DNA of 64,000 nt from Candidatus Eremiobacteria bacterium (GCA_963737065.1 CAVTRC010000001.1:1728001-1792000); one strand, 5' to 3'; shown: positions 42,818 to 55,485, numbered from the stretch's first letter. Notes: a model not told the origin generated them from the letters alone. Translations and numbers: made by a program.

Positions 42818-43141
42818 GCGAACCGCGAGCGGGTAACGGAATGCGGCGCCCTGCGAAACCCGTACGGCGGCGATGATGCTCAGAACGATGCTCGCTGCCC
42901 AGACGATGAAAAACAGCACGAACCCGATCAGAATGACGGTCAGCGCCGACGCAATGATGTAGCCGATCAGCACGGTGATCTGAAAATTGAGCGCCTCTTT
43001 CGACTGATCGGAGAGCCACGGTTTGGTGTCTTTCGACGTGAGCCATACGATGAGCGGCACAACGATCGAGAAAAAGATGCCGCTGAGATGCGTCAAAATC
43101 GCGAGGGTTTTTTCGTCTTGCGTCGGCTGAGTGTCGAGCAC
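42806..43141 (-). CDS. DUF4870 (Tic20-like) membrane protein
   Basis: LTHLS, PLIVW, KEALNFQIT, FRYP. Confidence 0.85.
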   Translation of the reverse strand: MLDTQPTQDEKTLAILTHLSGIFFSIVVPLIVWLTSKDTKPWLSDQSKEALNFQITVLIGYIIASALTVILIGFVLFFIVWAASIVLSIIAAVRVSQGAAFRYPLAVRLIK

Positions 43142-43246
43142 GTTGCCTCCAAGCTTGCTTAGCAGGACTGTTCGCTAGGGTACACTTCGCGATGGACGCT
43201 GTCTTGTTCCCGTTACGTCCAATATCCCGAAAGGAGCACGCATTTA

Positions 43247-43681
43247 ATGAAATTCATGCATTTTGCCGTGGTGGCCGTCGCCGCCGCAGTTCTCACCCAA
43301 CCCGCATTCGCGACGTCGAATTCGAAGCTCAACGCGCAAAACCAGAAGTCAAATATGGCACTGAACCTCAACATGGGCGCGCAAAACGGTTCGAAGCAAG
43401 ATGGTATGGCGAGCGTCAAAGACGTTTCCGGAGGCGTTTTGGTAAAAATCGCACTCAAGGATACACCGAAAGGCTCGAGCGAGCCGGCTCACATTCACCA
43501 AGGAACGTGCGCGAAACTCAATCCCGCCCCGTGGAAGCCGTTGAGCAACGTGGTTGGCGGCAAGTCAACGACGACGCTCCAAGGCGTCACCGTTGCCCAG
43601 CTGAAGAAAGCGCACTACGCGATCAACGTGCACAAGAGCGCGTCGGACCTCAAAACCTACGTGTCCTGCGGCGACCTCTAG
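43247..43681 (+). CDS. Secreted CHRD-like protein
   Basis: Signal peptide; PAHIHQGTC, AINVH, CGDL. Confidence 0.7.
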   Translation: MKFMHFAVVAVAAAVLTQPAFATSNSKLNAQNQKSNMALNLNMGAQNGSKQDGMASVKDVSGGVLVKIALKDTPKGSSEPAHIHQGTCAKLNPAPWKPLSNVVGGKSTTTLQGVTVAQLKKAHYAINVHKSASDLKTYVSCGDL

Positions 43682-43684
43682 CGC

Positions 43685-44674
43685 TTAGGCGCTTTGGCGG
43701 AAGTTGTTCGGCTTGTCTTTGAGCCGTTCGAACGCCGCGACGACGTTCGGATCGAACGCCGATCCGCTCAGTCCGACGATCTGAGCGACGGCGTTCGCCG
43801 ACGTAAATTCCGCCCGGTGCGGCCGTTCGGAGATGAGCGCGACATACGTATCGGCAACCGCGACGATCCGCGCGGCAAGCGGGATCATCGACCCCGCTAG
43901 ACCTTCGGGGTACCCTGTGCCGTCAAAGCGTTCGTGATGATACCGTGCGATCGTTTCGGCGCCGCGAAGCAGCGGACGGCGGCCGCCGCCGAGAATCGCC
44001 GCACCCGCATCGACGTGTCCGTTGACGACGCTGCGCCAGCGCAGCGGTAACGTCGAAGGCATCTCGCGCACTTTTTCAGGCACGGTCAGCATGCCGACGT
44101 CGTAGACGAGCGTCGCGACGTGCAGCGCTTCGATCTCTTCACTGGGCAGCTGCATCTCGTTCGCAATCGAGACCGCTAAATCGCGTACGTGCGTCGCGTG
44201 TGCGCCAAGATCTTTGCTGTAGGCCTGGAGCGCGCGATAGAGCCGGAGGATCGTGTCGCGCTCGTCGGTCGGCATAATTACTTCGCCGTACGTCACCCGG
44301 CTTGCCGGCGCGCCTGCGAAATGCCGAAGGTGCAAGGCGAAATCGGCGAGCGCCAACGGTTTTTCCAAGAACAGCGTCGCGCCGGCGTCGAGCGCGCGGG
44401 CGGACAACCCCTTCTCGCCGCTAGCGGTGAGCATGATGACCGGTGTAAAGCCATGGGCAGGCTTCGCCCGAAGCGCACGAATGAACGAGAGCCCATCCAT
44501 TTCAGGCATTTGGTAATCGACAACGATCAGTGACGGACGCAGGTCGTCCAACCGTTCGAGCGCTTGGAGAGGGTTCTGGAACACCACGGCATCCTCACCG
44601 AGGACGCGTTTAACGACCGCTCCATAGAGCTTCAAGTTGGGTTCGTCGTCATCGACCACAACGACGCGATTCAT
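43685..44674 (-). CDS. Response regulator with HD-GYP domain (HD replaced by YD)
   Basis: REC motifs VDD, VDYQMPEMDG and KP; LVYDVGM, HHERFDGTGYP, ARIVAVAD. Confidence 0.9.
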   Translation of the reverse strand: MNRVVVVDDDEPNLKLYGAVVKRVLGEDAVVFQNPLQALERLDDLRPSLIVVDYQMPEMDGLSFIRALRAKPAHGFTPVIMLTASGEKGLSARALDAGATLFLEKPLALADFALHLRHFAGAPASRVTYGEVIMPTDERDTILRLYRALQAYSKDLGAHATHVRDLAVSIANEMQLPSEEIEALHVATLVYDVGMLTVPEKVREMPSTLPLRWRSVVNGHVDAGAAILGGGRRPLLRGAETIARYHHERFDGTGYPEGLAGSMIPLAARIVAVADTYVALISERPHRAEFTSANAVAQIVGLSGSAFDPNVVAAFERLKDKPNNFRQSA

Positions 44675-44867
44675 ATGCTCCTAGTGTCTCCTGGCAAGCG
44701 TCCCGGCCGCCTTATCCGTCGGCCAACTCTTCGCTTCTGCCCTGTAAAACGACTGTCAAGCTAGCAAGCCGTTTTTCTCTTTTGTGCGTCGGTGTTGTAA
44801 TCCCGGGTTTCTAAAATTTTCGTAAACCGGACGTATGGGTATCTTAGCCCTCCGAAGGGAGAATTAC

Positions 44868-45311
44868 GTGACGAACGTTGATCAAATCAAGGACAAAGCA
44901 AAAGGCGTCATCACCGATCAAGTCGACCGCCGGACCACCGACCTCGGAAACGTCGTCGGCCAGCACGTCAACAATCTGCGAGAAATGGGAAGCTCGCTGC
45001 GCGATCAAGGCCAGGACGGAACCGCCGGCATCGTCGACATGGCTGCCGATCGACTGAACCGTCTTTCAACGTATCTCACGCAGACCGACGGCAATCGCAT
45101 CATTCACGACATTGAAACCGTTGCGCGAACGCAACCCGTGATCACTGCCGCCGCCGGTTTCGTGGTGGGTTTGGCTGGGGCACGGTTACTGAAAGCGGGC
45201 GCGATGAAGCGGTATCGGATGTACGGCAGCAATGCGACGCCGAGTGACGTGGACGGCACGTCGTACGGTGACACGACGTCGGACGCGGAGATCGATTATG
45301 GCATCCGGTGA
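44868..45311 (+). CDS. Hypothetical protein with C-terminal TM anchor (ElaB/YqjD-like architecture)
   Basis: Amphipathic helices then ARTQP and a TM segment. Confidence 0.7.
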   Translation: MTNVDQIKDKAKGVITDQVDRRTTDLGNVVGQHVNNLREMGSSLRDQGQDGTAGIVDMAADRLNRLSTYLTQTDGNRIIHDIETVARTQPVITAAAGFVVGLAGARLLKAGAMKRYRMYGSNATPSDVDGTSYGDTTSDAEIDYGIR

Positions 45312-45726
45312 GCCGGAGCTACATGACGAGTCAATAGGAGAGCTCTTTAAGCGGTTCACGAGCGACATGGCGCTGCTGGTGCGTCAGGAGTTCGAACTTT
45401 TCCGCGTTGAGATGACCGAAAAAGGCAAACGCGTCGGCGCGCAGGTCGGTCAAAGCGCGGGAATGCTGAGCGCGGCGGCGATCTGTGGGCTTTTTGCGCT
45501 CGCGACGCTGACTACGACGGTGATCTTGCTGCTCGCGCTGGTGATGCCGGCCTGGGTAGCGGCGCTGATCGTTACCGTCGTGTACGGCATCGCGGCGGCC
45601 GTGATGGCAATCGCCGGGAAACGAAAAATCGATGAAGTGCAAGCGCCGGTGCCAACCCAAACAATTGAAACGGTGAAGGAGGATGTGGAATGGGCAAAGA
45701 CCCAGACGAGCTCCGTACGGAAATAG
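45298..45726 (+). CDS. Phage-holin-family (DUF1469-like) membrane protein
   Basis: SIGEL...LVRQE, two TM segments, PTQTIETVKED. Confidence 0.85.
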   Translation: MASGEPELHDESIGELFKRFTSDMALLVRQEFELFRVEMTEKGKRVGAQVGQSAGMLSAAAICGLFALATLTTTVILLLALVMPAWVAALIVTVVYGIAAAVMAIAGKRKIDEVQAPVPTQTIETVKEDVEWAKTQTSSVRK

Positions 45727-46175
45727 CGGAGACGCGCGAACGAATGGGCGACACGGCCGATGCGATCGCATACAAAGCGGACGTCCCAAATCGGATGCAG
45801 GACGCTGTCGGAGATAAAGTCGATCAAATGCGCTCGGCAATTACCGGAACGGTCGGACAGGCGGCCCGCGCGGTGTCGCGTGCAGGCGACGTGATGCCGG
45901 ATCCCGGCGACATTCAAGCGGGTGCGATGAATGCTGTCAGCGCCGTGCGGGAAAACCCGTTGGGTATGTTCTTCGGCATGGCGGCCGTTGGATTTCTCGT
46001 CGGATCGCTCGTGCCGATGACTCAGCTTGAGAACGAACAACTCGTTCCAATGGTCGACGACTTGAAAGAACGTGCGAAGAGCCAGGTTCAAGACACGATC
46101 GAGAGCGCGCGAGACGCGGCGGTATCCGCAATTTCGAACTCGATGAGTCAAACGAACAGCAATGCGTCATCCTGA
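45690..46175 (+). CDS. DUF3618 domain protein
   Basis: DPDELRTEIAETRERMGDTADAI; ENPLG followed by TM. Confidence 0.82.
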   Translation: MGKDPDELRTEIAETRERMGDTADAIAYKADVPNRMQDAVGDKVDQMRSAITGTVGQAARAVSRAGDVMPDPGDIQAGAMNAVSAVRENPLGMFFGMAAVGFLVGSLVPMTQLENEQLVPMVDDLKERAKSQVQDTIESARDAAVSAISNSMSQTNSNASS

Positions 46176-46187
46176 GACACGGAAACG

Positions 46188-47378
46188 CTAACTTGCGATC
46201 GCGGCCTCGGCGTGCTGTGTGACGTCGAGGCCGATTCGTTCTTCCAGCTCGCTGACGCGGATCGGCATCAACGCATTGACGGCTTTGACGATGACGAAGG
46301 TGGCGATCGCCGTATAGAGCCAGACGGCGCCGACGGCGATGGTCTGCGCGATGAGCTGTCTTCCGATGTCGGCGTGCAGCGCGAACACACCGGTAAGTAG
46401 CGCACCTGCCGTTCCGCCGATGCCGTGCACCGGAAAGACGTCCAGTGCATCGTCAATCCGCATGCGTTCGCGGAAGTGGACGGCGGTGTAGCACACCGCC
46501 GCTGCTATTCCGCCGATAAGAATCGACGATGCCGGTGTGACGTATCCGGCCGCCGGCGTGATCGCGACGAGCCCGGCAATCGCACCGGCCGCTGCACCGA
46601 CAACCGTCGGATTTCCCACGCGCCACCACGCGAGCGTCATCCACACGAGCGCGCCCGTTGCGGCGGCAACGTTCGTGTTCATGAACGCGATGGCGGCGGT
46701 CCCGTTTGCCGCAAGCGCGCTCCCCGCATTGAATCCGAACCAGCCGAACCAGCAGAGCGCCGCGCCGAGCAGCATCATACGCCGGTCGTGCGGTTCGTGC
46801 GGCTCGTGTGTGAGGCGCGGTCCGAGCATCCACGCGCAGACGAGCGCGGCAACGCCCGATGAAATATGCACGACGGTGCCACCCGCAAAATCGAGCGTGC
46901 CGAGGTTTGCGAGCCAGCCGCCGTGCCCCCATACCCAATGCGCGATCGGATCGTACACGAACGTCGCCCACAGCAGCGTGAAGAGCATAAACGATGCGAA
47001 CCGTTTGCGTTCGGCGAATCCGCCGGTGATCAGCGCAGGCGTAATGACGGCGAACATCATTTGAAACAGAGCAAATGCTGCGTGCGGGACGGTCGGCGCA
47101 TACTCTGCATTCGGCGCCGCGCCGACGCCGTTCATACCAATCCACTCAAGCCCGCCGATGATATGATACCGGTCGGGACCGAACGCGAGGGTGTATCCCC
47201 ACAGCACCCACTGCACGCTGATGGCACACAGCGCAAAGATGCTGAACATCAGCGTCGAGAGCGCGTTTTTGCGCCGAACGAGCCCCGCATAAAAAAATCC
47301 GAGCGCGGGCGTCATCAGCATGACGAGCGCAGAACTCGCGAGTACCCACGCGGTATCGCCGCTATTGACGTGTCCCAT
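46188..47378 (-). CDS. amtB: Ammonium transporter
   Basis: FQMMFAVIT, DFAGGTVVH, WFGWFGFNAGS, GLVAITP, DDALDVFPVHG; both pore His present. Confidence 0.96.
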   Translation of the reverse strand: MGHVNSGDTAWVLASSALVMLMTPALGFFYAGLVRRKNALSTLMFSIFALCAISVQWVLWGYTLAFGPDRYHIIGGLEWIGMNGVGAAPNAEYAPTVPHAAFALFQMMFAVITPALITGGFAERKRFASFMLFTLLWATFVYDPIAHWVWGHGGWLANLGTLDFAGGTVVHISSGVAALVCAWMLGPRLTHEPHEPHDRRMMLLGAALCWFGWFGFNAGSALAANGTAAIAFMNTNVAAATGALVWMTLAWWRVGNPTVVGAAAGAIAGLVAITPAAGYVTPASSILIGGIAAAVCYTAVHFRERMRIDDALDVFPVHGIGGTAGALLTGVFALHADIGRQLIAQTIAVGAVWLYTAIATFVIVKAVNALMPIRVSELEERIGLDVTQHAEAAIAS

Positions 47379-47424
47379 GATGAAACGTTACACGATGCGC
47401 ACGACGCCGGCACTCGACTTCCGG

Positions 47425-48777
47425 TTAAGCCTCGGCCTTTCGCTCGTCACGTGTGTAGCGTCGCCGGCGCCACGCGAAGATCCAATAGACCGGGATGCCG
47501 GTAAGCAGTACCGCGATGCCGAGAAACGTGTTGGTCGGATTGTTCACGAGAACGTCGATGACGACGGACCACGCAACGACGAGGAACGCAATCGTCGACC
47601 ACGGATGAAGCGGCATACGGAAATACGGCTCCGGCGCACCCGCGCCGCGGTCGCGCGTTCGAAAGATGATCAGCGCGAGTGCGGCAAGCCCGAAGAAGAC
47701 GTAGTCGACGCTCGTCACCCAATTCAGAATCATGTCGTACTTTCCCCAAAGGGCGAGAAGAATCGCCGCGATCCCTTGCAGCCCGATTGCCAGCGTAGGG
47801 ACGTGCGTGCGCGCATTGATATTCGCGAGCGCTTTGAAGAACGTTCCGTCAGCCGCCATCTGGTAGTATACGCGCGGCGACGTTAGGATCTGATTCGTCA
47901 CGAATCCAAGCGTGGAAAGCGCCACGATGCCGGCCATGATCTGCGCGCCGACCGGCCCGAGTACGACGCGCACCACGTCTGACGCCGGCGTGTTGGTTGC
48001 GGCAAGCCGATTCTCGCCGAGCGCGACGATGCAGACGACGTTCATGGCGAGATAGAGCACGATCACGCCGATCACGCCGACCACCATCCCGCGCGGCAGC
48101 GTGCGATGCGGTTCGCGCATCTCGCCGCTCATAAAGCTCGACGTTTGCCAACCGCTGTACGCAAAAAGAACTGGAACGAGTGCAAGCCCCATCGCAACGA
48201 GCGGGTTGAAATCAGGCGGCACCGTAGCTGCGTGGACCGCGCCGGCACGGCCGGCCGCGAAGACGCCTACCGCGATAACGGCCAAAATCGTGACGATCTT
48301 CGCGACCATGAACGTATTTTGCGTCGAGGCGCCTTGCCGCACGCCCAGACAGTTCACGACGGTGAAGAGGCCTACGACGCAAACCGCGATTGTCGTCTGC
48401 ATCGTTGCCGTGAGGTGTAGCCCCGTCATCGCCGGCAGATAGAACGCAAACGTTACGGCGGATGCCGCCGCGCCGCCACTTTGTGAAACGAGCAACAGCG
48501 TCCATCCGTAGCAGAATGCAACGACCGGGTGATACGCGTCGCGCATGTACGCGTACACTCCCCCGTCTTCGGGACGCCGCGCGGCGAGTTCGGCGAAGAT
48601 CCCTGCGCCCACGATCGCAATGAGTCCGCCGGCGAGCCAGGCCGCCATGATCCACGGCGTGGTGTGCACGAACCGCGCAACGCGCGACGGATTGACGAAG
48701 ATGCCCGAACCTACGATGCCGCCCATGACGATGAGCGCCGCGTCTCGCGTACCGAGTTTACGCAGTAACTGCGGCAC
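47425..48777 (-). CDS. APC-family amino acid permease
   Basis: GIVGSGIF, AELAAR, GGVYAY, FAYSGW; GTG start overlaps the upstream paralogue. Confidence 0.92.
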   Translation of the reverse strand: MPQLLRKLGTRDAALIVMGGIVGSGIFVNPSRVARFVHTTPWIMAAWLAGGLIAIVGAGIFAELAARRPEDGGVYAYMRDAYHPVVAFCYGWTLLLVSQSGGAAASAVTFAFYLPAMTGLHLTATMQTTIAVCVVGLFTVVNCLGVRQGASTQNTFMVAKIVTILAVIAVGVFAAGRAGAVHAATVPPDFNPLVAMGLALVPVLFAYSGWQTSSFMSGEMREPHRTLPRGMVVGVIGVIVLYLAMNVVCIVALGENRLAATNTPASDVVRVVLGPVGAQIMAGIVALSTLGFVTNQILTSPRVYYQMAADGTFFKALANINARTHVPTLAIGLQGIAAILLALWGKYDMILNWVTSVDYVFFGLAALALIIFRTRDRGAGAPEPYFRMPLHPWSTIAFLVVAWSVVIDVLVNNPTNTFLGIAVLLTGIPVYWIFAWRRRRYTRDERKAEA

Positions 48778-50098
48778 GGCGGCGATTCCAAACGATGTAG
48801 AACACGACTCCGGTGATAGTAACGAGTGCACCGAGCGACGTGTCGAGCGGATACTGAATGAAACTCGAAATAAAGATGAAGAGGATGACTACAATAAACA
48901 GCGCCGTCGTCCACGGATGGAGCGGCACGGTGAACGCGGGGCGCGGCTGGCCGGCATCGCGCTTGCGATAAATAAAGATTGCGAACGCGCACAGCAACGA
49001 GAAGAGCCAGATCCACGCGGCGATCCAGTTAAGGATCAGTTCGTACGATCCGGTCGCGGCATAGATTGCGGCGATCGTTCCGTGAAGTGCGATCGCAACG
49101 GCCGGAACGTTTGTCTTTGGACTGATCCAAGCGATCTGTTTGAAAAAGAGCCCGTCGTAAGCCATTTGGAAATACACGCGCGGCGCAAGCAGCACGGCGC
49201 TGCTCATAAAGCCGAGCGTCGACGTGGCAATCGCAACCGCGACGATGACCGAGCCGGGCGTACCGAAAACCGCGCGCATGACGTCGGCCGCCGGTGTTTT
49301 CGATATCGCGAGTGCCTCGGGCCCGAGGATCCTCAAGTATGCGAAGCTCGCGAAAAAATAGATGACGACGATCGCAACGATTCCGAGGATCAACCCGCGA
49401 GGAATCGTGACGGCCGGATCTTTCGTTTCAGCCGTCATGAACGCGGTCGACTGAAAGTTGTTATATGAGAAAAGAACCGGCAACATGGCGACGCCGATCG
49501 CCGCCGCGACGGCGGCCGGCGAACCGAACGCCGAAAGCTGCGGCCCGCGTGAGGCAAGCGGATGCGCGAGAACGATGCCCGTTACGATCACCGCTCCAAT
49601 TCCAAGCACCTTGAGCGAAACCAGGATATTTTGCCACGTACTTCCCTGCCGCACACCGAGCAAATTGATCAGCGTAACGGCCGCGATGGCGAGGACGGCG
49701 ACGATGCGCGGTTCAATGTGCGACCCGGTGAGCGGCAGAACGTAGTCGGCAAACAACACCGCTGAGAGCGCGGTGCTGCCGACGTACGAAAGCAGCAACA
49801 ACTGCCACGGCAAAAGAAATGCAACGAGCGGATTGAACGCATCTCGCAAATATGCGTACGCGCCGCCGTCCAGCGGCCGGCGCGCGGCGAGTTCGGCGTA
49901 GATGCAGCCGCCGATCAAGGCAATCACGCCACCGATTAGCCAGCACGACATGATCAATACGCTCGAATGCGCGCGCGCGGCGACGACGGCCGGCGTTCGG
50001 AAGATGCCTGAGCCGATGACCGCGCCGATCGTGATGAGGGTGAGATCGGCGACACCTAATCGCCGTTGCAGCCGCGCGGGCGGGCTTGCGCTCAACAT
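48758..50098 (-). CDS. APC-family amino acid permease
   Basis: AVIGSGIF, AELAAR, GGAYAY, ETKDP. Confidence 0.92.
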   Translation of the reverse strand: MLSASPPARLQRRLGVADLTLITIGAVIGSGIFRTPAVVAARAHSSVLIMSCWLIGGVIALIGGCIYAELAARRPLDGGAYAYLRDAFNPLVAFLLPWQLLLLSYVGSTALSAVLFADYVLPLTGSHIEPRIVAVLAIAAVTLINLLGVRQGSTWQNILVSLKVLGIGAVIVTGIVLAHPLASRGPQLSAFGSPAAVAAAIGVAMLPVLFSYNNFQSTAFMTAETKDPAVTIPRGLILGIVAIVVIYFFASFAYLRILGPEALAISKTPAADVMRAVFGTPGSVIVAVAIATSTLGFMSSAVLLAPRVYFQMAYDGLFFKQIAWISPKTNVPAVAIALHGTIAAIYAATGSYELILNWIAAWIWLFSLLCAFAIFIYRKRDAGQPRPAFTVPLHPWTTALFIVVILFIFISSFIQYPLDTSLGALVTITGVVFYIVWNRRRAAVTA

Positions 50099-50107
50099 GC
50101 CGCTCCT

Positions 50108-50857
50108 TTAGGAGAAGATCCGTTCCGCAAAGTCAGCGATGATATCCGAAAACTCCTTGACCTTACGCAACGGTGCGGTGTGATCGCTGTGGCGAATGAT
50201 GCGCAGGCGCGCCTGCGGCAGCAGCGACAGGAAGCGCTTTTCGTCGGAACGGAAGAGCACGTCGTACTCGCCTTGAACGAAAAGCACCGGCTTTCGATAC
50301 GCCGCAAGTCTCTCGCTGAACCGCTTATTGCCGCGCGCGATCGCTGCGGTCCGGCGGAAGACGTCGTGGTTGAACGGAATCTGCTCGGCGACCTGCGCGA
50401 CCGATTTCGGCAGCGTGATGCGCAGCGATATGCGAAAAAATGCCTCCAGCCACCGGCGCGGAACCACTTCGCTGAGCCGCACGCTCATCTCGTACGGAAA
50501 ACGGCGCCAGCCTTCGTAATCCATCGCGCAGCCGGCGAGGACTAGGCCCGCGGTATCATCGGGGTTGTGCGCGCCGTATTCCATTGCGACGTATCCGCCG
50601 AGGGAATAACCGACGATGAGAGGCGGCGATACGCAGATGTTCTCGACGGCGTTTGAAATGGCGTCGCGAAGAGTGCGTTCGGAAAAATCGACGTGTGCCT
50701 GCGCGCCGTGTCCCGGAAGATCGATCGTCACGACGTGATATCGCCGAGCCAGAATGCGCGCGTGCGGTGCCCAAATTTCACGGCCCAAGCGAATGCCGTG
50801 AAGAAAAAGGATCGCCGGGTTACGGCGGTCGCCGTACTCAGTGATCGCCCGCGACAA
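50108..50857 (-). CDS. Alpha/beta hydrolase
   Basis: FLHG, DLPGHG, GYSLGG, GEYD, DH. Confidence 0.88.
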   Translation of the reverse strand: MSRAITEYGDRRNPAILFLHGIRLGREIWAPHARILARRYHVVTIDLPGHGAQAHVDFSERTLRDAISNAVENICVSPPLIVGYSLGGYVAMEYGAHNPDDTAGLVLAGCAMDYEGWRRFPYEMSVRLSEVVPRRWLEAFFRISLRITLPKSVAQVAEQIPFNHDVFRRTAAIARGNKRFSERLAAYRKPVLFVQGEYDVLFRSDEKRFLSLLPQARLRIIRHSDHTAPLRKVKEFSDIIADFAERIFS

Positions 50858-50921
50858 GCAGCACGTTGCGCGCGCCGTGGACGCCGTGATAAACAGTCGC
50901 CTTCATGGGAACCTTTCTATC

Positions 50922-51338
50922 ATGAACACGTACGTACAATCCGCGCTTCTTGGCGCCACGACCGGCATTCGCTCCACTTCGGGTCCATTCGCAGCGCGTT
51001 GGGGAGAATCCAAGCGTCTTCCCATCGGTTCTGCGGTAGCACTCGGCGGCGAAATGGTTGCCGATAAACTCCCGTTCGTGCCGAGCCGTGCAACGCCGGC
51101 CGGGCTCGTGCCGCGCGTCGGAAGTGCGATTTACGCGGTACGCGCGGGCGTCCGTGAGCCGAATCCGTTAGCATACGCGATTGCGACCGCTGCAGCGATC
51201 GGAACGGCATTTGGCGCGGCGAAACTTCGAAGATTCTTTAAAGCGCATACGAATGTTCCCGACTTTGCCGTCGGCCTCGCGGAGGACGCGCTTGTCGCCG
51301 GGCTGTTGTTTGCATCGCTGCGCGGCGCGGCCCGTTAG
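50922..51338 (+). CDS. DUF4126-like membrane protein
   Basis: GIRS, GEMVADKLP, PSR, LAED. Confidence 0.7.
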   Translation: MNTYVQSALLGATTGIRSTSGPFAARWGESKRLPIGSAVALGGEMVADKLPFVPSRATPAGLVPRVGSAIYAVRAGVREPNPLAYAIATAAAIGTAFGAAKLRRFFKAHTNVPDFAVGLAEDALVAGLLFASLRGAAR

Positions 51339-52387
51339 CTCGCCCGCGCCGATGGTTGCGTTTCGTGAACGAGGCGCGAGATATCGTTGAGCCCGCTGCG
51401 AATCGCGTTGACGACGGCCGGATCGTATGCGCTGCCGGCGCCTTTGTCGATCGCCTCGATGGCCTGCGCGAGCGAGAACGCAGGACGGTCGGCGCGCGCG
51501 CGAAGCAGTCCGGCCAGCGAATCAGCAACCGCGACCACACGACCCATGATTGGAATCGACGAGCCGCGGAGTTTTCGCGGATAGCCGCCGCCGTCGTAGC
51601 GCTCGTGATGCGTTTGCGCGATGACGGTCGCCGCGCGCATCACCGGCGTCTCGTGACCCGCGAGCAATCGGGCTCCGGCCTCGCAATGGCGCTCGATCGA
51701 CACGCGATCCGCTGCTGACGTTTGCGCGCGCGTCTCGAGAATGCGTTGCGGAATCGTCACTTTGCCGACGTCGTAGATCCGCGCGGCTTGCGCGAGGACC
51801 TGCAACTCTTCGTTCGTGAGTCTCATTTCACGTCCAAGCACGACCGCGAGCTTGGATGCGAGTTCGTGATGGATCACGATGGTCGGGTCGTGCATGACCG
51901 CTACGCTCAGCATCGCATCGATTGTGTCGCGCACATCGATGCTCGGCTTTGCAATTGCGTTCATTTCCGAACGCTTCGTAGAATCCGACAAGCGACTGTG
52001 AAGATCGGCTTTCTCATGCGCAGCTTCTACGATGTGCGCGGCGTGTACGAGAAATTCCGACGGATTGATCGGCTTTTCCAGGTACGCGCGAACGTTCAAT
52101 TCAAACGCGGCACGGCGAAGATCGCGATCGCCCGCTTTACCGCTCGTGAAGATGACCGGCGTGGATTCGCGGCCGTGCAGTAAACGCAAACGCCGGATGA
52201 AATCGAGACCGCTGATGTCGGCGAGCGCGTTGTTGGCAACGATGAACCCGGGGTCGACGCCGGCGAGCCAGTGCAGTGCGTCCGACGCTTTTTTGAAACA
52301 GATGGGTTCTATCTCGGATATCCGCTTCAGTATCTGCGAAAAGCCCGCCAGCGACGCTTCTTGGTCGTCGACGACGGCTACGTACAT
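51335..52387 (-). CDS. Pseudo-receiver plus HD-GYP protein (HD replaced by YD)
   Basis: REC with IVANNAL at the usual phospho-Asp position; IYDVGK, HHERYDGGGYP. Confidence 0.88.
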   Translation of the reverse strand: MYVAVVDDQEASLAGFSQILKRISEIEPICFKKASDALHWLAGVDPGFIVANNALADISGLDFIRRLRLLHGRESTPVIFTSGKAGDRDLRRAAFELNVRAYLEKPINPSEFLVHAAHIVEAAHEKADLHSRLSDSTKRSEMNAIAKPSIDVRDTIDAMLSVAVMHDPTIVIHHELASKLAVVLGREMRLTNEELQVLAQAARIYDVGKVTIPQRILETRAQTSAADRVSIERHCEAGARLLAGHETPVMRAATVIAQTHHERYDGGGYPRKLRGSSIPIMGRVVAVADSLAGLLRARADRPAFSLAQAIEAIDKGAGSAYDPAVVNAIRSGLNDISRLVHETQPSARAS

Positions 52388-52509
52388 CAGCCCTCCGTAC
52401 GAACTCGACGATTGCTCGTCGCCCGTTCAATGAGTCATCGGCGTATCCGCGCGCACTCTGCACGGGTAGGATGGAGGAAGGCGCTGCCGGGAGGCGCCCG
52501 GAATTGACA

Positions 52510-52536
52510 TTAGCAGACGGCGCATCCGACTGCTAG
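52510..52536 (+). promoter_or_regulatory. CIRCE-like operator upstream of hsp20-lon
   Basis: TTAGCAGAC-N9-GACTGCTAG, directly after TTGACA (52504-52509). Confidence 0.65.
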
Positions 52537-52557
52537 GAGTGCGGGTTTAACACAGCA

Positions 52558-52947
52558 ATGGACTTTGTCGTTCGCTCTCGGTTGGCGTTCGAGCCTAACG
52601 CGGATGTCTTTGTTGACGAAGAACGGGGCCAGATCGTTGTTGCAGTCGAGGTGGCGGGCGCCGACCCAGACTCCCTCCGGGTGGCAATCGACGACCGGTA
52701 CCTGCTGATCACGGGGCGCCGGACTGAGGCGGTACGGTTCCACCGCGGCTCGTTTATCCAGAAAGAAATCGCGTACGGCTCTTTTGCCAAGCGGCTTCAT
52801 TTGCCGTTACCAGTCGACTTTCTCGGTGAGGCCGCGGCCAGCTATGCGGACGGCGTGCTGGTAATCGCGCTTCCCGTTTCAGCCGATGCGTATTTGCCGG
52901 CGACTCGCACCGAAATTCGCATGATTCTGAAGAGGTCAATTTCCTAA
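52558..52947 (+). CDS. Hsp20/alpha-crystallin family protein
   Basis: PNADVF, EVAG, LLITG, EIAYGSF, ASYADGVLVIALP. Confidence 0.9.
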   Translation: MDFVVRSRLAFEPNADVFVDEERGQIVVAVEVAGADPDSLRVAIDDRYLLITGRRTEAVRFHRGSFIQKEIAYGSFAKRLHLPLPVDFLGEAAASYADGVLVIALPVSADAYLPATRTEIRMILKRSIS

Positions 52948-52951
52948 CGAT

Positions 52952-55420
<2,469 letters not shown>

Positions 55421-55485
55421 TAGAACAGCGCCTCAAGACGCGTTGCACCGCCTGCTCGCAGCGAAGCGCGCAGCGACTGCCGTTC

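Noticed and set aside
45298..45726. Prophage signal from the holin-family gene
   Set aside because: It belongs to a common chromosomal trio with DUF3618; no phage genes are nearby.
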